A stretch of DNA of 61,853 bases, filler included, from Platydemus manokwari (lineage: Eukaryota), in NCBI GenBank assembly GCA_037951405.1. It is 6 parts of 6 records of this genome, joined end to end, with 100 filler letters (N's around TTAATTAATTAA, not from the genome) between each part and the next. Parts side by side here need not be neighbours in the genome. Positions count along the whole stretch, not along the records: positions 52,527 to 61,853 come from JBBMOY011264207.1; 5 more parts are not named here. One strand, given 5' to 3'. Under the pieces are notes generated by a model. It worked only from the letters and a program-made list of their open reading frames with translations. It had not been told where the DNA came from and did no database searches. The position numbers and the translations under genes are program-made. Below, one piece after another: positions 52,527 through 61,853 of this stretch (its first letter is position 1; each line of letters begins with the position of its first letter).

Positions 52527-55500
52527 TCATAAGTGTATTATATTAATCACAAAATAAACAACAGTCTTTAAATAGAAATTTATTTCTTCAATCATTTTTC
52601 AAAATTCTTTGTCCATTGACAAATGAAAAATAAATCAATAAATAACCTTTTTTCTATTTTGGAATTCAAAAGGAACAGGTGAATTTTTCAAACAAATTCT
52701 TGCATTATTAATGACAAATTTTATGACTTATTAGACATTGAAATTCCATCTGTGAATTTTTCCATTTCGAATAGAAATTCCATTCAATCAACTTAACAAT
52801 ATTTTATCTAATTTCAGAGGAAAATTTTCAGCTATAAACGAAAACTGATTAAATTTCCAAAGACTGACTGAATATGATACTGTGTTTCTTCTTCCTCGGT
52901 TTGAATGAGATAAATTATTGAAATTTCATGATTCTTTATCAAATACTTTCACCAAGCTATGCTTAGAATTAAGAAAACAAAATTTCCTGAAAGTAAATAT
53001 TGATTATTTATTATCCAATAAACTAGCACGAAATCTTTCAACTCATAGAGAGATATTGTTTATGAGTCTCTGTGGTGCATTTAATTAGTCATTTGGGAAA
53101 GAAGTTCAGAATTATTTCCAAATATTATCCAGGTATCAAAATAAATAATGGGAAAATATAAGAAAAAAATATGACATTTATTATCAAAGCGCATTGTAAC
53201 TAATGCTCCTGATCACATTTGAAAAGTGAATTAATTTGAATGTAATTTTAAATCAATATTCTATGTTTATACAATAACCGAAAATAAATTGCAGAAGCAC
53301 TAGGCTGTCCAATGAATCACACATAGTGATGCTGATTGAGGTGATTTATAAAATGAAAATATTCAGATTACAAATATAAAGTCCATTTAAGACCAAAGTT
53401 TTTCAATCGAAAGCTATAAGAAATTATGCTTAGAAGACCGGGGCTCATTTGTGCACAGCTTATTTCCAGTTAGACAACGAATAGAGCAGATATTTAATCT
53501 TAACCAAAGTTAGAATGAACATTATTGGAGTATAACAGTATTCAAAAAAATATCTGGTATAACAAGCACTCGCAATTTTTACCAGATCGCTTTTTCAGTG
53601 TTTTCCGTTAGATAATCGAATTTTCTTGCGCATGATTTTCATGAGGTTAAGGGTTTATTAAAATTTACCTCCCACTTCTTTATATTTACTGATTTTAGTA
53701 CTGCACTAAGTTTCATGTGCTGAGTTTATTTATAAAAGATGATAATGGCGAACATTATCAAATCAATACAATATTATTCTCAAGTTCGAATCAGGTAAGT
53801 GACTTAAGCTTGGTTCGTTATTGACCCTTCATCTTATATTGTTCAATATTAGTAATTTTTCTCACGAAATCGCCCTATATTGATTATTTATTCTTAAAAT
53901 CCCAAGTAAGTTGTTAAGAGTATCAAATCTTATGATTAGAGAATTCATTATTTACACTTGAATTTTAAAGGGTTGATTGAAAGGTTCATGATTTATGTGC
54001 TTAGATATTTCGTCTGATTACACCTATTTTAGTGTAGTTTTAAGTACATGTGTAGGTTTGATTTGTCTTGTTTTTAATTGGATCCTTCTCTTCGATCATC
54101 TTCATATATGTATGTCAGTGCGTTTGAAGTTCAAAAAAGGATACAATGTGATCCCAACAAGCGTTTTCCTACTTTTTCTGTGGACGTAGAACTATTTAAA
54201 AACACTAAGCATGTCACGAACTTGTTAAACAGACTGGAAACTCTTTTATTGTACAAATTTAAGACGTCGAACAAACCTTTCTGATATCGTGTTAAAAATT
54301 CAGCCTCCAATAAGATGAGTGGATGATCATTCAACCATAAAAGCATTATAAATTAGTTATCTCGGATTAATTCAAATATTACCGACAAAACCATCAATAT
54401 TTGAGCTTAAATTGAGTATGAATATACTAATTTCAATTAGCCATTCACTTGCACATCGGCTTTTCTGTGAATTTGTTGTGAATTTTTAGAATTTCGGTAC
54501 GAAATCTACGAAATTATCTTTTGAAATGAAAAATATATTTCATTTAAATACAAAAGTGCTGATTAACTTGTTAGACAAACTATTTGCTTTTTTCCGAATA
54601 GCTTTGATATAGTCCATAAGGGGTTTGTAAATTATTTTTACTGTCTACCATTGATTGTGAAATTTGCCTTTTTGAGCGCTTCTATTAATATTTCTAAAGA
54701 TTTCAGATATTAAGATATTTTTTAAAATTAAATTGAAATATTAACTCTATAAATTCGTGAAAATAAGCACCACATTATTCAATTTATCCGATAAATGGTA
54801 GAAGAAATTTCATGCCATTAATCTAGATTCAAAATTTGTAAAAAAAATGGCGAACTTCTTGATTAAATTCTCTCATTATTCTTATAATTTATAATTATGA
54901 TTCTTTGATGCTGTTTTGGAATACATAAACAACCTAATAATTGTTCTTTTTTCGCCGATATGAAATAATTACATACAAGTCTGTAAAAAAAATTAATGGT
55001 TTTCTAAAGTTTATTAATATCGGGAATGATGCTCTAAAGCTCATATTTCGTCTGATCTCAAAAATCTATCACCGAGAGCTATCTTATCAGATTATGTGAG
55101 GCCATATTTATATTCGAATATATTTGAGTTTACCTTTCATAATTTTCACATAAATTATCAATGTGTGCTTTCAATCTTACTGGCTCTATTTGAAGCTTGT
55201 ATTTGATTATCAGTGTGTTCGATATTTTATATGTTGAGATTAAATAGATTTTCATTCGCAACTATCGTTTATAAGCATTGTTCCATTGTAATGTGTGACT
55301 CTAAAAGCAGTCAGCGATTGCCAATGATGTAAGATTATCGTCATTTTGTCTGCAAATACATAATTTCTATAAAATCATTCCATGCAATTTTCAATAAAAT
55401 ATAATGTTTTCCCAACAGTAAGCAATGAAACATGGTGTTTGTTATCGAAATAACCGTTTAAAAACTTTCAAAAATCCAAATTATTTTCTTGTCGGATATC

Positions 55501-58500
55501 CTGTTTAATTTGGAATTTATTCCATTTGTATAGTTTAGTAATAAATGGAATAAAAAACAAATTTACTGAATCCATCGATGACATCATATCTTCAGTATTT
55601 TTTTCAACTTTTTTGTTTCGATTGGACTGCAACTATAATTTCTAATTCCAAATTGTGGTAATAACAATTCCAAAAAACTTGATAGAACTCAAAACACGGC
55701 AAAATTGTCTTCAACCGATCACATGAAACTCCACCAATCCACTAAATGCATTATCCGAATTTATGTGTACCAATAATGAATCTATCAGAATATTTCTTTT
55801 TGGAGTGACACGATTTTTCTAATAAATTATTTCTAAATTATTTCAATCTAACAATAAATTTTTCATAATAATGTCCTTAATATCCCAATTTTTTAACCAA
55901 TACCTTCTGTAACAATTGATCGATATTTTCTGAAATTAACCGCACTTTTATTTCTCTTTATAAATATATTATTTTGATTTAATCTGATCATTATCGATCA
56001 ATGACATTAATCCAACAAAAAAATCGGTGATTCCTGCTCTTTCATTTGATTACAAACACTAGTGTTCAGTATGTTGCAATCGGGTTGTAAGGGAGATTTG
56101 TAAATGGAAAAGTGAATGTGTTATGTACGATGTGTGTATGTTGCTTGATTACATGTTGATTAGTGGTTGCGCAATTGTCAGTTGCTACAATCCAATAAAC
56201 CTCTCAAGACGTTATTACATAATCGATAAAAAGACGTATTTCTTACACGCATAATTTTTTTTGTCTATTTTTAAGTGTCTATTTCTAACCAATGCAGTAT
56301 CTATAACAGATATCCTGGCGAGCTTGTCAGGAATAGAAAATAATATTTTACTCAATTAATATTACAAATAATATTTAATACTTTTTTAACTAGACTACCA
56401 CAAATATTAGATTACATGTAACCAAACCCAACTTGAAATGAAATAATAATGATCTGAGTGCATGGATGTATTTCTTGATTGTTTATTTAATAGATACTAA
56501 TGTTCGTTTATTATTTCTCTTTATTGATTCTGTATACAATTTAAGTTGAAATTCGATTGAAATATTTTTCATAGATGTGAAATAATTTTCCTAATACCAT
56601 TAAAATAGATAAATATTCATGATTTATGCGCGTGTATCTGCGAATATTTGAAATATCTTGTTTCACTTTTTTGTATCACAGAAATCTAAGTACTGACAAA
56701 ATATGGAAAAATAAAAATCTTGGTTTACAATAATAATTGATTTGATTCTATTTTCATTCAAATAATTTTTTTAATTTTAGGATATCAATAATAGAAATAT
56801 TCCTATGAAATTGAAAACGACTTTAGCAGTTCAACACAACATTATATTTTATTAAATATTCAAATAAATTATTATAAAGTATTTTTAATAATTTGATTTA
56901 TTTAAAATGTTTAATAACTATTTATAAAAAAATTGAAATCTTTACTTTACTTCTCATTCCTTATTATTAAATCTCTATTTTTCTATATTCCTATGGTTGG
57001 GTTTTTCCAAAAATGACTCTTTAAAAACATTTATTGTATGGTTTTTAGTGATTTGGTGTATATTAGTAGCTAATAACTCGTATGAAGTGCTCTGTCAAAA
57101 CTATGATATGATTTTTTGGAATATTGATTTTTATTTTTTACTCTCATTTTCCTCAATGTGCAATTACCCCGAAATCTGAAGTTAAAAATAAAAATAATCT
57201 AAATAAAAATTACTTAATAATAATAATTTAATTATAAATTTAAATATCATTTAATTAAATGGTACTTTTAAATTGACATTAAAATTAACCCCGATAAAAT
57301 AGATAGATTTAATAATAATGAAGCTCATATTTCTGTCACCAACTAAAAAATATAACAAAGAATATTAAAATTAACTCGTTATTCCGAGAATAAGAGGAAT
57401 AATCAAACAGATATGATAACAACCCTATAGGAATAAATTATATTCAAATGAAAAAATCAACCAAAATAAACTGGAGATGCAGCAAGTATTTTAAATTGCA
57501 GCACACTATTTTCCTTGACTCGGTAGCCCAGTATATAGCGCAGTTAATAATAAATTGCCTTGCTCTTTTATTCAGGAAATCAATAGCTCGTTAATTGGAA
57601 ACCACTGGGCTCGGTTACGTTCAGAGAATATAAATGTCTATTGTGTAATAATTGCAAAAAAGTATTCAATTTTGTATATTTCATATTTGCAATAAACCTT
57701 TTATATATTAAACGAGTTTGTTATCAATCAGGCGGTTGACCATAGGAATTCCAAATTTCATAGCCAAATATATTCATTGTCATTCTTCACCCATTGGGAA
57801 TATTGTGGAAATAAAGTTAGAAGAGAAAGAGACTTAAAAAATAATTGAAATACAGTTAGAAACGATAAAAGAGGCATTGGTAGGATTTAAGTTAAGTAAA
57901 TCGTTATCTACGCCGTTTCACCTATCTTAATATAAGTTGGGAACGTCGAGGTGAAGGAAGTACATTAAACTAAGGCAAAATTACTAGCTCAGCGTCAGAT
58001 GAACTTTATAGACTGATAAAGACATGAATAGTGATCAATCAAATTCAATAATAATAAAATCAAAATTAACCAAAGACCCCGAAACGTAACACTATGTCAA
58101 ATTCTCTTTATATATCCATCTTTTTCAATTTGCTATGTTATTTTTATTTTATTATCATATCTTCATCTTCTCTATATTTTATTATACTTTTCTACCAATA
58201 ATCTTCTTACAATCGAATTCAAATATGTAGTTGCCATATTAGCTGTTACACTTTGATCAAACACGAATTGAAAACGAAACTAAGAAAGTCAGCACATAAA
58301 GTATATTTAAATCAAATATTCGAACAAAAATATTCTTATATTCTTATAATATATTCGATTTTAAAATGTTTAAAAATTATTTAAACCAAAAAAATCTTCA
58401 TGATACATATTCGAAAAAATAATTTGAAAATGATCTATTTTATGTAGTAAATGAAAAATTAAACATAGCTGTGTGAAAAATATATATGATATCATCACGA

Positions 58501-59832
58501 ATAGATGTCTCGTTTATGTCTGAATATGACATCAAGCAATTTCTGGAAGCAATGTTGTTGAAAAAGAAAAATTCTGTCTCATTGAATTTTTAGTTCATGA
58601 GCAAGTAAATTATTGTTATCGCTATTGAAAAGAAAAATCTCCAATTAGGCCATAGATTTAAAATATATGCTAATGATGAGAAAACTAATTTCCATGCTTA
58701 TACTATTTTCATTTTTTTTCACGTATTATGTGAGAATAATTGGATTAATTAAGTTAACTGATAAAATGAAATTAATATCCCGTAATAGATAATAAAATTA
58801 TGTTCGATTTATAATTTCAATATGACAAATACTGATTTATTGATGAAATGTGAGCACAGATCTTATATTTTGATCCTTATTCCGGAAAGTATGACGCTAT
58901 GAATGGTTTTATCTTGATTTAAAAATTAATATTGCCAATATTACACGACTTTCATAAATGATCTGTTATCGTTTTAATTAAAATGTAGTTAAAAACTATC
59001 ATAATCGAAAACACCTTTTATTTCAGACCAAAATCTGGATAAAAAAATTTAAAAATTTTATTTATTTATTACAAAAATTTTGTTTACCCTCTTCTGTACA
59101 CAGTTTGTATCCATTAAATATTGAACATTGGTACAAATGAATAAGATATAATTTTCAAGTTTTATTCTGATGCTTTACTTTCTTTAATGACTCTACATGA
59201 CTATGATATTCAGTAGAGTTTTTCAACAATATTCAAGTGAATATAATTCATGATTTTCTTTCATATTTTAACCAAATTGTGAATAGATTAGTGTAAATAA
59301 TTTTCCATTGAAATTATAATTTTGTGGATCTTCGCTGATTTTATTGATGTTTAGAAATATATTGAACATCACGTATGGACTTGATAAAATAGATGATAAA
59401 TTCCGCTTTTATAACATATCCACAACAGAGATTACTTAATCCATTATATGAATGTATAAAAAATTGACTTTTGAAAACAATTCATGGATGTTGATTTGAA
59501 ATCGATTGACAATAAATATTTTCAATTTCAATAATCTATCAACATAATTTGTGTATCGAATGGAACCATAATATTTATGATTTGAAAATTTTAAATAAAT
59601 TCACATTAGAAAAGCTTAATTCAAAGATCATTCAGTTCCAACTACGAATTATGATATTAAATTTCTAGATATTGCTAATTATTGGGCTTTAAATTTATAA
59701 AATAAATATATTTCAAAAATATTTAAAAATTCTCTCTTATCCGTCTGAATTTCGCATTGATTTATATTTTTTTATAACTATAAAATAGAATGAGATTGTT
59801 TTTTATAATAAAAGTGAATATGTATTCTATAT

Positions 59833-59999
59833 NNNNNNNNNNNNNNNNNNNNNNNNNNNNNNNNNNNNNNNNNNNNNNNNNNNNNNNNNNNNNNNNNNNN
59901 NNNNNNNNNNNNNNNNNNNNNNNNNNNNNNNNNNNNNNNNNNNNNNNNNNNNNNNNNNNNNNNNNNNNNNNNNNNNNNNNNNNNNNNNNNNNNNNNNNN
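59833..59999. other. Assembly gap (167 N)
   Basis: Plain N run. Confidence 0.99.
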
Positions 60000-60179
60000 T
60001 TTCTCTATGATGTTTAATGTTTTTTTCCAATTCCAACAATAATTTGATTTCTGCGATAACTCTAAATTGGCATTTCAGCCAGTGTACTTTATCAAAATTT
60101 TGCTTGATATTTCAAATTGTTTCTGTTCGTTTGAATAAATAATTATTTCAATCTCAAATTTTAATATCGTTTCACTCAG

Positions 60180-60396
60180 TTCAGACACAAAAGAGTGGTG
60201 CCAGAATACAAAGTTCAAGAAACAAGGTCCGACAGATTGATTGTACTTCATTATAGTCTATTCAAAATCATTTGGGATTGGCTTATTCTTTTATGCACTT
60301 TCTATATAGCCATTTTTGTGCCGTATAACGTTGTCTTTCTTGGAGATCGTAATTTCCTGGTGTTTGATATTATAGTAGAAATCTTGTTCACTATTG
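60180..60396 (+). CDS. KCNH8: Voltage-gated K+ channel, EAG family, Elk subfamily (KCNH3/4/8-like), internal exon (pre-S1 to S2)
   Basis: VPEYKVQE...IVLHYSLFKIIWDWLILLCTFYIAIFVPYNVVF...DIIVEILFTI. WDWLILL.TFY.A..VPYN is the Elk signature. CAG acceptor at 60177-60179; GT donor at 60397. The symbol means KCNH8-like, not one-to-one orthology. Confidence 0.93.
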
Positions 60397-60445
60397 GTAG
60401 ATAATACATTTATTCCTTATTATTGATTTCATTGATTCATTTTAG

Positions 60446-60612
60446 ATATTGTGCTCAATTTTCGAACAACCTATGTCAATAAAGCAGGTCAGGTTGTCTA
60501 TAAGCCTCGAGACATAGCAAAGAACTATTTGACGGGATGGTTTGTATTGGATTTATTTGCAGCTCTACCATTTGATGCCATGTCAAATATTGAAACGAAA
60601 TTCGGATCAGTG
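60446..60612 (+). CDS. KCNH8: Elk-type KCNH channel, next exon (S2-S3)
   Basis: After a 49-nt phase-1 intron: [44 protein letters not shown]; donor GTAAAA at 60613. Confidence 0.93.
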
Positions 60613-61853
60613 GTAAAATATCGATTTAAAGTTTTTTGATTTAATTTTGATCTATTATTGATCCTTTAATTTTCTGAATAAAAAAAGGTGCTTTGAATGA
60701 AAATCTGTACGATATTCACATCGGTGATTTTCTGATGAATAGAGTTAGATTCAAGATCTACAATTGAACTGTCATAGCATCACAAAATTAATCTTCTTCT
60801 CAGTTGCTGGCGCATTCATGCCATCTTTCCACAGTCGTTTCGCTTAAACTCCGCCATATACCGCAAGATAATATTTTTAAATGATAGTTATCTGAAACCA
60901 TTATTTAATTATAAGATAGAAATCAAACATTTAAAAAAGGATTGACATATTTTAGATTTACAGACGATTGATGTTTTGTTTATATTTCTCAATTTACATA
61001 TTGTCTTTATTGGTTAATTAAATATTATTTTCTCTCGGAAAAGACTTTCGTTCCAATTCTATATTATTTATAATCGAGGGATTTAAACATTTTATAATAT
61101 TTCTTGTGCGGTTCTGGATCGACTGATACTCTGAGTCATTCTAGAGCTGTGAAATATGTTGGAATAAAAGTAGATATTAATTTAAATCTCATAAGTAAAT
61201 ACTAAATGAATGTTCAATGGTTGATGAACAAGAAAGATCAACAAATTGAAGCAATTTAAAATAAAAACAATGGGATGTAAAGATTGATGTTTTATTGATT
61301 AAATTATTTATATGTTAACAGTGAGATCATTGTTACATCGATTACAAAACTCTTCCTCTTATCAGTATCGAATAAGATTTTGAATCTACTATTAAATAAT
61401 CTAATGATTCATGTATCGAAAATTGCAACGATTCTATTGGCTGTGCAAGTATTTTGGTTTCATATCACAATAGATATATCGAGGTTCTGATTATTATTAT
61501 AATAATAAAATAAAAGTTAAATCGCTGAAAAATCAATTTATAAAATAAAAACAGGAATCAAAGATTCAAACCTGAATAGCATCATCGCGAAATGAATATA
61601 TTATCGATAGGAAAATAATTTGAAAAATAAATCTCTCGTATATTCAAATATTCACGATTATAAATGATAAAATAAAATTTAAAATAAAAGCTATGGAATT
61701 ATGTCTAGTATCCTGCAGTAGCGCTGTGGATACCAAAATATGCTCCCGCAGATTTTTAATTTTGATTTATTGCGGACCAGACTTTTTTGAGATAATTTTT
61801 ATAAGTCTTTCGACAATTTTCAAAGTTTCGTGAAGGTTATAGTGAATTTATAA

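Noticed and set aside
53995-54346. Overlapping ORFs with faint Penelope RT/GIY-YIG resemblance
   Set aside because: The motifs are too weak and give contradictory strand assignments; probably a TE relic, but it cannot be supported.
57830-58090. Possible LINE 3' end and a CTGATAA...GAAAC hammerhead-like pair
   Set aside because: Only scattered residues match and no stem joins the two boxes.
1-61853. tRNA, rRNA, telomeric repeats or a prokaryotic operon/defence system
   Set aside because: No cloverleaf, rRNA-like or TTAGGG arrays were seen by eye, and the identified host genes have spliceosomal intron boundaries. tRNAscan-SE/Infernal would be the definitive test.

Overview
Very AT-rich, intron-containing animal DNA with short (45-55 nt) GT-AG introns. 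The composition and intron sizes suggest a planarian or other flatworm, but this is an inference. The window is not one contiguous locus: five artificial 100-bp spacers (44 N + TTAATTAATTAA + 44 N) join six separate pieces, and there are two plain N gaps. Well-supported genes are a complete 6-exon microsomal epoxide hydrolase (EPHX1/JHEH type, - strand, 461 aa), a complete 4-exon sorting nexin 3/12 (+, 160 aa) and two exons of an Elk-type KCNH K+ channel. Less certain are a 2-exon C-type-lectin-domain gene with an apparent 1-nt frameshift, a first exon of an OFA-like MFS transporter with no in-frame ATG, and a terminal exon encoding a probable ET/AHD-fold domain. The rest is mostly transposon debris: hAT/Buster relic and MITEs, pogo- and Sola-like MITEs, LINE, gag and LTR relics, and three Penelope-like ends with a hammerhead-like core. 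The most striking accessory feature is a decayed herpesvirus-gB/chuvirus-type class III fusion glycoprotein (env) gene at about 33.0-34.0 kb, flanked by LTR-like and possibly integrase-like sequence. Most short ORFs in the supplied track are spurious.
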